The notes beneath the pieces were generated by a model, which was not told the origin of the DNA, did not search any database, and was given only the letters and a program-made list of their open reading frames with translations. The position numbers and the translations under genes are program-made. Positions 37,601 to 48,260 of a DNA stretch of 64,000 nt are shown here, piece by piece. Position 1 is the first letter of the stretch; each line of letters starts with the position of its first letter. The DNA is taken from contig OX597831.1 in assembly GCA_951406725.2 (NCBI GenBank), positions 56,730,001 through 56,794,000 of the forward strand. The letters are read 5' to 3'. This stretch comes from Octopus vulgaris (Eukaryota).

Positions 37601-40600
37601 CTTCATTACATAAATTATAAGAAAACAGAAAAATACTATCCAATTGAAGGCAACATATTTTGTTTTGAGACTGTAAATTGAATTTATTAAGTTTTAATTA
37701 ACTAATGTTATTAATATGTTCCATCATCATCTTTTAACGTCCGTTTTCCATGCTAGCATGGGTTGGACGGTTTGACTGGGGTCTGGGAAGCCAAGAGGCT
37801 GCACCAGGTTCCAGTCTGATCTGGCAGTGTTTCTACAGCTGGATGCCCTTCCTAACGCCAACCACTCCGTGAGTGTAGTGGGTGCTTTTACGTGCCAGAG
37901 GAGGCTGGCAACGGCCACAATCAGTTGGTGGTTTTTATGTGCCACTGACACAGAAGCCAGCCAAGGCGGCGCTGGCATCGGCCACATACGGATGGTGCTT
38001 TTTAGGAGCCACCAGCACAGGTGCCAGGGTAGGCTGGCAACGGCCATGATTGGTTGGTACTTTTTACGTGCCACCGGCATGGAAGCCAGTCAAGGCGGCG
38101 CTGGCATCGGCTGCCTAATGAATGGTGCTTTTTAGGTGCCACTGGCAGGCTGGCAATGGCCACGATCGATTGGTGCTTTTTACGTGCCACCGGCGCAGAT
38201 ATCACAACTACAATTATGTGAGTATATGGTTATCAGTGTTGTATTCATGTTAGAATCTGTGGAACATATTAAGAATGAATATGTATGTCATCATTATGAT
38301 TTGTGCTGTTCACCGTGTGCATATTTTCTTAATATGTTCCAGCTAATTTAGGGTCTGTGTACATGGTTACCACTGTTGTCATCATCAACATCATCATCAT
38401 TTAACATCTGTTATCCATGCTGGCATGGGTTGGATGATTTGACTGTAGCTGGTAAGGCCAGGGGCTGCATTAGGTTCCATTGTCTGTTCTGGCACGGTTT
38501 CTATGGCTGGATGCCCTTCCTAATGCTGACCACTCCACAAAGTGTACAGGGTGCTTTTATATGGCACCAGCTTTGATATCAATTCTGCTTTGGCGGACAG
38601 GTATTCTTGGGTACAACAGTGCACCAAATGTCTTGGACATTGTATTCATGTTAAAATCTACTGGAACATATTCAAAAGGAATATGTATGTCATCTTTTTG
38701 ATTTTTGCTGTTCACCCACATATGATTTATGAACTAATATTTGATTTTCCTGTTATTCCAGTCCTCCCACAGAAACGAAAAGCTGAACCAGAAACATCAT
38801 TTGCAAGTAAAAAAGTGCGAACTGAGAGTCCTGTTGGGAATGTTCCATGCACTAGCAGGTTTGTGTTGTTGCTCTCAAAAATTAATAATAATGTTGCTTT
38901 TTGTCTTATCTTATCTTTTTCAAGTTATTAACCATTTACATTGGTCTGTGCAGGTTGTCTAGAGTTAAAATCCACTGCAAAGCATTTTATTGTCTATTTA
39001 GTTCTTTATGCTTTAGTTTATGTTATAGTTTCAACTTAGTACCAATTCACATGGAAATATGATGGTGGTCATTTGCAAGTAAAAAAGTGCGCTGAGAGTC
39101 CTGTTGTTTCTGATTTGGTTGTTTCTATGAATAATAATGGAGCTAAACAGTAACCCATAATAGATCTTTAGAACCAGGTTGAACACATTTACATAAATGA
39201 CCCCCTTCAGTCATGAATGACCATCAGATTGCTTTACCTTTAGAATTTTCCTTCCGAGGCACAAGTCTGAGCAAAGTTGTTTGTAGAAGACCAGCAGTCA
39301 CCCATGTTTCTGATTTGGTTGCTTCTATGAAACTGGAGCTAAACAGTAACCCATAATAGATCTTTAGAACCATTGGACACATTTACATAGATGACCCCCT
39401 TCAGTCATGAATGACCATCAGATTGCACCTAGAATTTTCCTTCCGAGGCACAAGTCTGAGCAAAGTTGTTTGTAGAAGACCAGCAGTCACCCATGCATGC
39501 CAGTCTTCCCTCTCCATGCCACCGATGTTATCCAAGAGAAAAGCAAAAGCCGATACAGCCTGGCACCAGGGATGTCACAACTCATTTCTACAGCTGAGTG
39601 AATTGGAGCAATGTGAAATAAAGTGTTTTTACATATTAACTTCTAAGTCCCAACTACTCTTGTATGGAGTAAAATTCTTGTTTACCTGTTAGATTCCCTG
39701 ATTTATGGAATAAACCTTGTAAATAAAAGCAATTTGTGATAAGTAAACATGTCTAGGCCATGAATTCAACAATAATTTTGCCACAGCTACCAGCTTAGCT
39801 CATTATTGCATGTAGCAATGTGATTGAGATGTAAGGTTTTTTTTTGCCAGATACATACAAAAACTTTTATCCAGGTGTGGCTGAAGGCACTGGCATGGTT
39901 GTGTGGGTATCTTGCTTTCTTCCCAGTCTTGTGGTCTTGGGTTCAGTCCCACTGCTCAACACTTTGAGTGTCTTCTACTATAGCTGCAGGCCAACCAAAG
40001 CTTTGTGAGTGGATTCAGCAGGCAAACTGAAAGAAGCCTGTTGTATATGCATATATGTTTGTGTTGTATTTGTCCCCCCACTACCACTTGGCAACCAGTG
40101 TTGATTTGTTTACATTTCCATAACAGCAGTTTGACAAAAGAGGCCAATACTAGGGTTGATTCATTCAACAAATAGTTCTTCAAGGTGCCCTAGCATGGCT
40201 GCAGTCTAATGACTGAAACAAGTAAAAGGTATAGAATTAGGCGCAGGAGTGGCTGTGTGGTAAGTAGCTTGTTTACCAACCACATGGTTCCAGGTTCAGT
40301 TCCACTGCGTGGCACCTTGGGCAAGTGTCTTCTACTATAGCCTCGGGCCGACCAAAGCCTTGTGAGTGGATTTGGTAGACGGAAACTAAAAGAAGCCCGT
40401 CGTATATATATATATATATGCGTGTCTGTGTTTGTCCCCCAGCATTGCTTGACAACCGATGCTGGTGTGTTTATGTCCCCGTTACTTAGCAGTTCGGCAA
40501 AAGAGACCGACAGAATAAGTACTGGGCTTACAAAAGAATAAATTCTGGGGTCGAGTTGCTCGATTAAAGGCATTGCTCCAGCATGGCCGCAGTCAAATGA

Positions 40601-40900
40601 CTGAAACAAGTAAAAGAGTAAAGAGTATATATGCAATTTATATAATGGTTGTTAAATTCTGATTTTTTCTCTCTCTTTTTTTCTCATTACAGTGAAGGAA
40701 TTTCTGAGGAGAGTATCCGGCGTTATTTAATGCGTAAGCCCATGAGTACAAAAGACTTGTTACAAAAGTTCAAATCGAAAAAGTTAAATATGACCAATGA
40801 ACAGTTGACCAACTGTATTGCACAGCTGCTGCGCAAAATCAATCCTGACAGATTGACTATAAATAAAACTCTTCATCTGTCATTGAAGAAACCTGAGTAA
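4232..40900 (+). CDS. GTF2F1: General transcription factor IIF subunit 1 (RAP74/TFIIF-alpha), 13 coding exons, about 504 aa
   Basis: Manual splice join: 4232-4246, 11542-11591, 12608-12674, 13922-14133, 19160-19330, 24922-25045, 26365-26449, 29475-29625, 30861-31033, 32665-32738, 34979-35066, 38762-38858, 40693-40900. All introns are GT-AG with compatible phases, total 1515 nt. Recognisable RAP74 motifs: [63 protein letters not shown], and the C-terminal winged helix [20 protein letters not shown]. Confidence 0.96.
4914..5411. mobile_element. GG-terminated MITE containing TTAGGG repeats; partial second copy at about 61015-61305
   Basis: Termini ggcaagacttc / gaagtctttcc. aaaataaa on both flanks (low-complexity TSD). 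Confidence 0.6.
5492..9150 (-). mobile_element. Near full-length RTE-clade LINE (APE endonuclease + RT + embedded PHD finger), two small frameshifts
   Basis: ORFs 8070..9191 ([24 protein letters not shown]), 6275..7951 ([36 protein letters not shown]) and 6088..6426 ([16 protein letters not shown]). 3' UTR ends in a (GAT)n tail at about 5492. Possible TSD tccatacat at 5486/9155. Confidence 0.95.
9585..9800. mobile_element. TTAA-flanked piggyBac-like MITE
   Basis: ttaa|ccctttcattac ... gtaacgaaaggg|ttaa. Confidence 0.8.
9808..10876 (-). mobile_element. Truncated RTE LINE copy
   Basis: ORF 10177..10593 is nearly identical to the RTE C-terminus. Truncated within the PHD-coding part, running into (TA)n. 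Confidence 0.9.
10874..11023. repeat. (TA)n/(TATG)n microsatellite
   Basis: Direct inspection. Similar tracts at 11255-11288, 19590-19627, 42115-42140 and 42365-42420. Confidence 0.95.
11542..11591 (+). CDS. GTF2F1: GTF2F1 exon 2 ([17 protein letters not shown])
   Basis: ttttag acceptor, gtaagt donor. Matches the RAP74 N-terminal EYVVRVPK motif. Confidence 0.93.
12608..12674 (+). CDS. GTF2F1: GTF2F1 exon 3 ([22 protein letters not shown])
   Basis: tttcag/gtaagt boundaries. Phase 2 in, phase 0 out. Confidence 0.9.
13922..14133 (+). CDS. GTF2F1: GTF2F1 exon 4
   Basis: TNVRLEREN...[20 protein letters not shown]...PEDQPW, inside ORF 13841..14182. ttgcag/gtact boundaries. Confidence 0.96.
14335..14553. 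mobile_element. hAT-type MITE with perfect 8-bp TSD
   Basis: TIR cagtgcttttcaa / ttgaaaaccactg. TSD ggttagac on both sides. Confidence 0.92.
15040..15473 (+). mobile_element. RTE 3' UTR fragment, sense to GTF2F1
   Basis: Reverse complement of the RTE 3' UTR seen elsewhere. Ends gttaaacgatgatgatgat. Confidence 0.88.
16745..16792 (-). ncRNA. Degenerate hammerhead-ribozyme-like motif
   Basis: On -: acac-CTGATGA-aGGCTG gagaatacat CAGCT-GAAA-catt-gtg. Confidence 0.5.
18054..18340 (-). mobile_element. RTE 3' end fragment
   Basis: catcatcatcgtttagcgtccgctttccatgctagcatggg... Further copies at 21728-22030, 37723-38210, 53020-53440, and older ones at 18748, 28684, 38378. Confidence 0.85.
18364..18695 (+). 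mobile_element. tRNA-derived SINE family C
   Basis: tggctcagtggttagagc...gagtttgattcc head. Relatives at 42890-43220 (+) and 39200-39630 (-). Confidence 0.75.
19160..19330 (+). CDS. GTF2F1: GTF2F1 exon 5
   Basis: [37 protein letters not shown]...AEEAEEEF. tttcag/gttagt boundaries. Confidence 0.96.
19666..20898 (-). mobile_element. Mariner-type DNA transposon, full length about 1.23 kb, pseudogenised transposase
   Basis: TIRs ttgggtcatcccataaataatg / cattagttatgggatgactcaa with TA flanks. Minus-strand motifs [28 protein letters not shown]. Confidence 0.9.
22098..24478 (-). mobile_element. 5'-truncated RTE LINE with full RT domain and PHD finger
   Basis: ORFs 23370..24437 and 22793..23257 separated by one frameshift near 23390. 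3' UTR and (GAT)n tail present. Confidence 0.94.
24514..24735 (+). mobile_element. tRNA-derived SINE family B
   Basis: gagctggcagaaacgttag...gagttcaaattcc...gactttgcctttcatcc...taagtaccag. Inverted copy at 47459-47693. Confidence 0.85.
24922..25045 (+). CDS. GTF2F1: GTF2F1 exon 6
   Basis: [15 protein letters not shown], compare human RNKVLNHFSIMQQRR. gttag/gtaagt boundaries. Confidence 0.93.
26365..26449 (+). CDS. GTF2F1: GTF2F1 exon 7
   Basis: [16 protein letters not shown]. ttacag/gtaagt boundaries. Confidence 0.9.
29475..29625 (+). CDS. GTF2F1: GTF2F1 exon 8
   Basis: [25 protein letters not shown], compare human SDDEAFEDSDDGDFEGQEVDYMSD. Acceptor could alternatively be ccag at 29486 (same phase). 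Confidence 0.9.
30861..31033 (+). CDS. GTF2F1: GTF2F1 exon 9 (acidic region)
   Basis: [25 protein letters not shown]. ttgcag/gtaaaa boundaries. Confidence 0.9.
32665..32738 (+). CDS. GTF2F1: GTF2F1 exon 10
   Basis: [18 protein letters not shown], compare human DSSEESDSSEESDID. catcag/gtaagt boundaries. Confidence 0.88.
33222..33264 (-). ncRNA. Minimal hammerhead-ribozyme-like motif (Penelope type, U3 variant)
   Basis: On -: CGCCCG-TTGACGA-GGGA caacaa TCCC-GAAA-CTAG-TT-CGAGCG. Stems I and II pair, stem III is palindromic. Confidence 0.55.
34013..34644. mobile_element. TTAA-flanked piggyBac-like MITE interrupted by a SINE
   Basis: ttaa|ccctttagcatt ... aatgccaaaggg|ttaa. Same family at 14198-14880, about 16571-17060, 43275-43500 and 49830-49957. 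Confidence 0.8.
34062..34467 (+). mobile_element. tRNA-derived SINE family A (CORE-like segment, internal (TA)n, (GTAAAAGA) tail)
   Basis: A-box tggctgtgtggtaag, B-box gagttcagtccc, accttgggcaagt core. Near-identical copies at 40240-40625 (+), 17431-17808 (+), 58699-59076 (-), 1-149 (-), plus many older copies. Confidence 0.9.
34979..35066 (+). CDS. GTF2F1: GTF2F1 exon 11
   Basis: [29 protein letters not shown]. ttgcag/gtaatt boundaries, phases fit both neighbours. Confidence 0.82.
35088..35447 (-). mobile_element. 3' fragment of the same CR1 family
   Basis: Near-identical to 53688-54030 ([11 protein letters not shown]...AEAWN, 3' UTR, TTA tail). Confidence 0.88.
35465..35850 (+). mobile_element. 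C-terminal remnant of an R4-like RLE non-LTR element plus simple-repeat tail
   Basis: [16 protein letters not shown]...[18 protein letters not shown] resembles R4/Dong C-termini. Confidence 0.6.
36816..37438 (-). mobile_element. 5'-truncated RTE (BovB-like) fragment with C-terminal C2H2 finger remnant and 28-bp TSD
   Basis: [18 protein letters not shown]...EVL; frameshifted CPTCGR...IGL..H. Flanked by atataga(t/c)aggttggggaaccacatctc at 36788-36815 and 37439-37466. Confidence 0.85.
38762..38858 (+). CDS. GTF2F1: GTF2F1 exon 12
   Basis: [23 protein letters not shown] (basic, NLS-like). ttccag/gtttgt boundaries. Confidence 0.87.
40240..40625 (+). mobile_element. SINE family A copy
   Basis: Highly similar to 34062-34467. 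Confidence 0.9.
40693..40900 (+). CDS. GTF2F1: GTF2F1 exon 13 (winged-helix CTD, stop TAA)
   Basis: [30 protein letters not shown]...[11 protein letters not shown]...LHLSLKKPE*. Confidence 0.96.
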
Positions 40901-42110
40901 TAAGTGTATAAATAGTAATAATGATAATAACAATAATAATTATAATAATAATATAAACATTTTAATGAATGAAATTTTTAAAAATGTAACTTCTAGAACT
41001 CTGTTGAAAAGAAAAAATATGTAAAAATGCTGCTCAAAAATGAGTAATTAAAAAATTTTCTCTGAATGACTGTTTACCAGATTTGAGCTTGAGGTAAATG
41101 AGAAGTATTTAAATTTTTTTTTAAGATTATACTATAGTTTAATGAGAAATATTATTATTCTACCTCCAATATATTTTAGTAATTTGTCTACATCTTAGCT
41201 GAAGAAGATGACTCCGTGAATTCTTAGATTGAATTTCTCATTCCCATTAGTGAATTTTTTTTTTCTTTGATGGTGATCTTGAAATTAGATAAAGCATAAC
41301 ATTACAAAAAACAAGCAAACAAGCCAAAACCCATCACGTTTATATAAGTATAACAACAGAGTAATAATTGCAATGGAACAGTGACATTTTTTTTTTATTG
41401 TATGTCATCATCAACAGCATCCTTTTACATCTGTTTTTCCATGTTGGCATGAGTTGACTGGGTCTCATTACTGGTTGTGTTCTGCACTACCTTGCACACA
41501 GAGCAACAGAAACCAGCCAAAATTGTTGTTGTTTTGATGTCTTGTAGTGTGGACTAGGTGCATTTTATCACGCCACTACCAGCACTAGAGATGTTGTCCC
41601 ATGCAGAGTGGGGAATGAAGCAGCACTCTTTACTCTACATCAGTTTCTTATATGGAGTTACTGACCTCCTAGATAGCTTGTAATGCAGCTTGCAGCACCC
41701 ATGCCTTGTGCATTCTATTTTGTTGTTGTGATTCCTATTGCTTGATGGTCATCCCATCACCAACCACTCTATAGAATGTTCCTGGTGCATTTTATCATAT
41801 TATTGGCTCAAGACAAGTTATCCTGTACCAGATGACTAAAAAGACCATGCTACCCTTTTATCAATTCCTATTCAAAGTTATTACCTCCTAGATGGCTAAT
41901 CGACATTATAAATTGTGCAGCCAATTATTACATGCATATTTCAAAATATATATTCTTGATCTTCATTTTTCTACCTGATCAATGCTCACTGAGCAAGAAA
42001 CTCAGAGTAGCAACAAAGTGAAGATGAGAATCACCAACTTTGAATGAATAAACTCTACTATATGTATTAAGTACTTTTTCTCCATTTATACTCTTGAAAA
42101 TGTATGTATG

Positions 42111-42141
<31 letters not shown>

Positions 42142-42389
42142 AATATCTTTTTTTTACCTCTATAAAAATTGAGTGCTATATACTGTTTTAAACTTAATTC
42201 TCATATTGCATATATGTGTTTTGAATATATGCTATTATGTAGATAGTTTTGTGTGTACAAAAATTTGATGCTGAATATATTGTAGTGTATGTATTTATAA
42301 ATGATCATAGATTGAAATGAATTGCTATATCATATGTTAACTGACTGTATGTATATGCAACTGTATATACATATATATTATATATATAG

Positions 42390-42425
<36 letters not shown>

Positions 42426-44156
42426 ATGTGCATAAGTATATATTTATTGGGTAAAAGACAATCCTGAGGTTTCAAACCAATCCTTTCATCTGAGAAATAC
42501 TTTCCTCTCTGACAAAGAGCTTGGACCAAAATGTTAGAATTCTGTTTTCCCTACACCATGCAAGTTTCCATCAATCATATTTGACAATGAAAGCCACCGT
42601 TAGTTTCAAATGAATCTTCTTTTTTTTTTTGTTTACTATGTAATGTTTTGAGTCAGAACTGTGTGCTTAAAATAGTCACTTTGTAATGTCGTGATGACAT
42701 GTTCTATCACATAGCACAGTACTTTGAGAATGTGCCTTCTATAGCCTTGCATTGACCAATATTTTCTGAGTGGAATTTCTAGATAGAAACTGCATAGGAA
42801 TTCAGTGTATAATTGTGTGTATGACAAGATATCATTTGTTTAACCCTTTCATTACCCTATTTCTGTTGAAATACATGACTTTTGTTTCAAAGCTCAGTAG
42901 TTAAAGCGTCGGGCTCACAATTATAAGGTAGTGGGTTTGATTCCTGGACCAGGCTATGTATTGTGATCTTGAGCAAGACACTTTATTTCATGTTGCACCA
43001 GTTCACTCAGCTGTAGAATTGAGTTGCGATGTCACTGGTGCCCAGCTGTATTGGCCTTTGCCTTTCCCTTGGATAATATTGGTGTCATAGAGAGGTGAGG
43101 CTGGTATGCATGGGTGACTGCTGGTCCTCCATAAACAACCTTGCCTGAACTTATGCCTCGGAGGGTAACTTTCTAGGTGAAATCCCATGGTCATTCATGA
43201 CCAAAAGGGGTCTTTACCTGTTTCAACTAATTCAAAAAATAATGAAAAGTTTATTAAAATAACTTTGTCGTTATTAATCCTTTAGCATTTAATCCAACCA
43301 TATCCAGCCTAAATATTCTACCTGTTTTATATTCAAACTGGTCAGATCTGGCCTTTCACATCTACCTTACAATGTCATTGTGAAGATAAACAATCGAATC
43401 ATTGAAGTGTTAATGCTGTGAAATAAAGCATAATTAATTCAAAACAATTTGAATAAGTATGTATTACATTTGACAGAGTAATCTGAACACTAAAGTGTTA
43501 AACTAATGTTTGGATCATAAGTTAACATAAAATTTTTGGTGGGTGTTTTTAATTTAGACTATTTTAAAACAGGAAGTTTGTCTCATAGAACTGGGGGCAA
43601 TTTTATATTAAAAGACTTAATGCACATTTTTTTTCTAGGCTAGCCTAGGTTAGATACGGACATATTTGATGTAGGATATTTTTACTATCACCAACCTTTG
43701 CTGGTTTTTCAAGAAAAGAAAGTTTCTACTCCATAGCTTTGAAAGCACTCACACATGCAAACATACACATACTTTCAAACACTCACACATACATACACAA
43801 GGTGCATTCCAGAAGTATTGAGACTTTTTCAGGAGAGACATTTATTAATTTCAGAAATGTACAAAACTCTAATCTCCTTCAAAGTAGGACCCTGACTTCA
43901 ATGAATTTGTTTTAGCACTCCAGCAACTTCATAAAAGCCCCATGGAAGTCCTTCAAAGTGAAAGTGTACAGAATCCATGTCACAGCTTCCATCTTCTCTG
44001 TGTGTTGAAGACCACTGCCTCTGAGGTTCTCTTTCAGCTTGGAGAACAACCAAAAGTCACTGGGAGCAAAGTCTGTACTCTAGGGAGGGTGAGAGACAGT
44101 GCTGATGCCCATCTCTGTCAAGTAGTTAGTTACCAAGATTCAATATGACAAGCAGT

Positions 44157-44796
44157 ATATAAACAAGTGTCTGTCCAACAGTGATTGCATCATCCATACT
44201 CTCAACAATGCGCCCTTAAATATGGTTTCTGATTACAAATATCTTGGGTCATACATATCATCATCTGGAAAAGATTTTCTAACTAGAAAGGGTATGGCCT
44301 GGTCAGCCTGTAATGACATGCATAAGATCTGGTCATCAAATCTAAGTAGAGACTTCAAACTTGAAATCTTCAAAGCCACAGTCGAACCAATTCTGCTATA
44401 TGGCTCAGAAACCTTTACATTATCAAAGAAGCTTGAGAGGCGGTTGGATGGAACCTACACTCGCCTCCTTATGAGAGCTCAAAATCTCTCGTGGAAGCGC
44501 CATCCAACCAAAATGCAAATATATGGGAAACTACCACCTGTGTCATCTCTTGTGAAAGGTAGGAGAGTCCAGTTTGCTGGACATTGTTGTAGAGCTGAAA
44601 ACGAGGTAATTTCTACTCTTCTCCTCTGGAAGCCATCTGCTCGTGATACCAGAGGGCGCACACTCTCCTACCCTGATGTAATCTCCAGGGATATAGGCAT
44701 CCAGCAACAGGACCTCCGTAATGCCATGATGGAGCGTGAAGTCTGGCGTAGCATGGTAAATTCCATTGTCTCGACCACGGTCGAACAATGATGATG
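44157..44796 (+). mobile_element. 5'-truncated RTE-like LINE fragment with 12-bp TSD, inserted in a mariner-like relic
   Basis: ORF 44222..44791 (YKYLGS, VEPILLYGSET, FAGHC). (TGA)n tail. TSD atgacaagcagt at 44145-44156 and 44797-44808. Confidence 0.87.
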
Positions 44797-45847
44797 ATGA
44801 CAAGCAGTGTTTAGTAGGGTGTGTTGAAAATGATTGCAATCATGGTTAGTCATCTGTAACAGTAGCTTTTTGGGACAGAGAACTCATAGTGTAGTTACAA
44901 AGAAGTATTTCTAGGATCTTGGTTAGCAGAGGTTTTCCAAACAGGGAAATTTCCTTACAGCTCAAAATATTTGTATGTAAAGTTATTGTAGCAGTCCTGA
45001 TTAGATGCTCACTGCTTATGACGGTCCATCAAAGATGATGACAGCATCGATCCAGGACATTCATTCTCAACCTCCAGTACACTTTTTCTCACAGGAGTGC
45101 ATGGAGCTGACGAGACCAATACAAGATAGACAGATCCTGTGGCACAGAGGCTCTGAAAATGACCCTAAACAACAGCCACGGGGGGTTGATGACAATGTCT
45201 CCTCCTCTCTTCATGTAGTCTTTTGTATTGAGTTTCAAAGGACTTTGCTCCAGCATCGTATATGGACTTCTATGCTTTCCTGTTAACTGCCATGGACTCC
45301 ATCCAATTGGAAGGGATACCATATAAAATGAGACTGCTTGAAATGATCTTGAAAACGATGTTTTGGACATTCAGAGGCCTTCCTCCAGTCTCAACCTAGC
45401 TGAAGAGGACCATCTTTGGAGGCTGGTTATCCAGCATCTGAATCACATGGCCAACCCAGTGGCAGTGATGAAGGCTGAAAGCCTCAGCACTGTAAATCCC
45501 ATCCCTCAAGAGGATTTTGGTATGTGGCACCTTCTACCACAAGGTCAATGGTACTTTGAGGAATCTGATATGGAACGCCTCCAGTTGTTTGAACTGGCAC
45601 TGATAAAGGGTCCTGCACTCTTAATTAGGCACTTGACCACAATCCACTGATTAGAGCTAAGTTCACTGCCATCAATTCATCATGAGGAAAGTTCATTGAG
45701 AAAATATATCCATAGTATCTCACCATCAATAGTTAAAAACTATTTTATTGAAAAAAAAAAAAAACTGATGAACTGATGGTGAACTTACTGGACATGCAAT
45801 CCACTGGCTAGAACAAGTAAAATACCAACAGATTAGAAGATGGTATA

Positions 45848-46293
45848 CCGTAAATCCTTGAGTATAATACACAGGCGATTTTTAGGGGGCTGTACCTCTG
45901 AAAAACTTGAGTCAAGGAGATCTATATAACGTCCTTGGTTTGTAAAAATGTATATGGTTAACGTCCTTTATTATTATTGTATATATAACATAATGCAAAC
46001 GTGTAGCTTTTTTGCGCATTATGTTTGCAGAAAATAAAGAAATAACAGTAATAACGTTTAATAAATGTTGCTTACTGCAAGTTATAGGTGATCCTTTTAT
46101 GACTTTATTGCTTTCAGGCTTAGCTTAAGGTATTTTCGCACCCAACATCACAAAATGCGTCTGAATAAACATAGCCAGACAGCAAATAGAGACTCAGACA
46201 TCGCTTAGAAAGTAATTTTCATTTTTAACCTCGTATATAGTACACACTAGGGATTTTGGGAAAAAAATACGGATTATACTCGAAGATTTATGG
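45848..46293. mobile_element. TA-flanked Tc1/mariner(pogo)-type MITE
   Basis: ta|ccgtaaatccttgagtataat ... attatactcgaagatttatgg|ta. Confidence 0.75.
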
Positions 46294-48136
46294 TAATTAA
46301 ATTAGAAAACTCAAGTAAAATGTTTCTTCGTAAATTTTCTTAAAGAAAAAAATATAATAGCCAAGTGTTGTATTCCTTCCCTTCAAACTCTTGCTTCTTT
46401 CCCTATCACTCTACTTCATCTGCACTCACCTCTTCTGCTCACTTGGTTAGTTTACCCTGAACAGAAACATGGTAGAACTTAGATATCCTTTTGTCTTGTG
46501 GAATTAAAGGCAATCTTACTAGAGCTGGTGCCCCAATAAGCTGTTCCCAGCACACTGTCTGCAAAGTGGTTAGCAAGCAAGTAGAGATGACAAGTTCAAG
46601 AGGACCCTTTAGTTTAGTATTGTGAAGATATGACAACCTCTCTCGCACTGGTGCCTTTATAAAATGTAACCAGTACACTTTGTGAAATGGTTAGTATTAG
46701 GAAGGCATCTAGCTGTAGCAGTTATGCTTAAATAAAGTACAAGCAAGACATGGTCTCGACCTTCTAGGAAGGCAGAAATGCCAAATAAGGAGTTGGACTG
46801 TGATGATCTGTCCAAGTCATACCAACATGATAAGTGGTCATGAAATGGTGATGATGATGACCCTCTATTTCAAATGAATATAAAACAATGAAAAATAGAA
46901 AAGAACAAAAATGTTACGAAGTTATATATATAGTTTTATTGTAAAAAAGAAATGAAAAGTTTAATTGAAGATTTTTCATATTTTGAAATTAAATATTGAT
47001 AAATCTGAGATATAAAAATAAATTCATATCAGGTTGAGGAGATGAGCATGAAATTCAATAAATAAATAGTTAAGTGAAGTTTTATTATCAATATTCATTT
47101 CAATTTGAACAGTTTTTTGCAATCTCACCAGTACTTTTTACAGTTTCTGAGAATATTTTAATTTTCAATTAAAAAAAAATCCCATATATTAATTTAATAT
47201 CCGTCTTCCTGTGCTAACATTTATTTCAATGGAGAGTTTGTTGACACAGGATCTTATGGCTGGATGCCTTTCCTGTCATCAGACTTTATTTTTCAAGTAA
47301 GAGATTTCTTTATTCCATATGTTTTCAAAAGCACAGAGCACCACACATTTTAGGCTCATCGTGTCAACAAGGAAAGCTAAAACCAGTCCTACTTCACTTA
47401 AACAGTAACAGGTGCAGAATATAAACATCCACACACACACAGTGGACTTCCTGCAGTTTCTTATTTCTTTATTGTCCACAGGGGGCTAAACATAGAGGGG
47501 ACAAACAAGGACAGACAAAGGTATTAAGTCAATTACATCGACCTCAGTGTGTAACTGGTACTTAATTTACCGACCCTAAAAGGATGAAAGGCAAAGTCGA
47601 GCTTGGCGGAATTTGATCTCAGAACGTAAAGACAGACGAAATACGGCTAAGCATTTCGCCTGGCGTGCTAACGTTTCTACCAGCTCACCGCCTTCCTGCA
47701 GTTTCTGTCTATCAAGTTCCCTCATAGCATTGGTTGGCTCAGAGCTTATAGCAGAAGACACCCAATGTGCTGTGCATTGGAGTTGAACTGTAAATCACGA
47801 AGTTGCAAAGCAAATTTCTTAACCACACAGCTGTGTGTATGTATTGTGATTAAAAAGAAAATAAGTGTGGTAGTAATAGAAATAAAAAAAAAAATCAAGT
47901 CGTCATATTTATAAAAAAAATTTTCAGTTATATCCTGAAGCTGAACTTGTATTATTTTTAAAAAAGGACGCATTGAATAATGTAGCCCTAGACAAATTGT
48001 GTCTGAATAAAAGAGAGGACTGTTGCAGTTTGGACACCTTTGATCATAGGTCAGATGCATTGGAGCTGACCTGGGGCTAAACAATTAATAATCATACTTG
48101 TTAACATACTGGGGAAATAAATGCATCCTTTTACTT

Positions 48137-48260
48137 TTAAGTTTTGTTTTGTTCTCTCTGAGAGAGTTGGTCTAGGAAGCATTTTAAACTATCATAATGC
48201 TTGTTACTGCCTTCATCTGCATCATCGTCATCATCATCGTCATCTTCATCCTCTTCATTA
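48137..48260 (-). CDS. SNAPC5: SNAPC5 exon 4 (acidic tail, stop)
   Basis: Pyrimidine tract then cag (or aag) acceptor. NEEDEDDDDDDDDADEGSNKHYDSLKCFLDQLSQREQNKT*. Confidence 0.78.
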
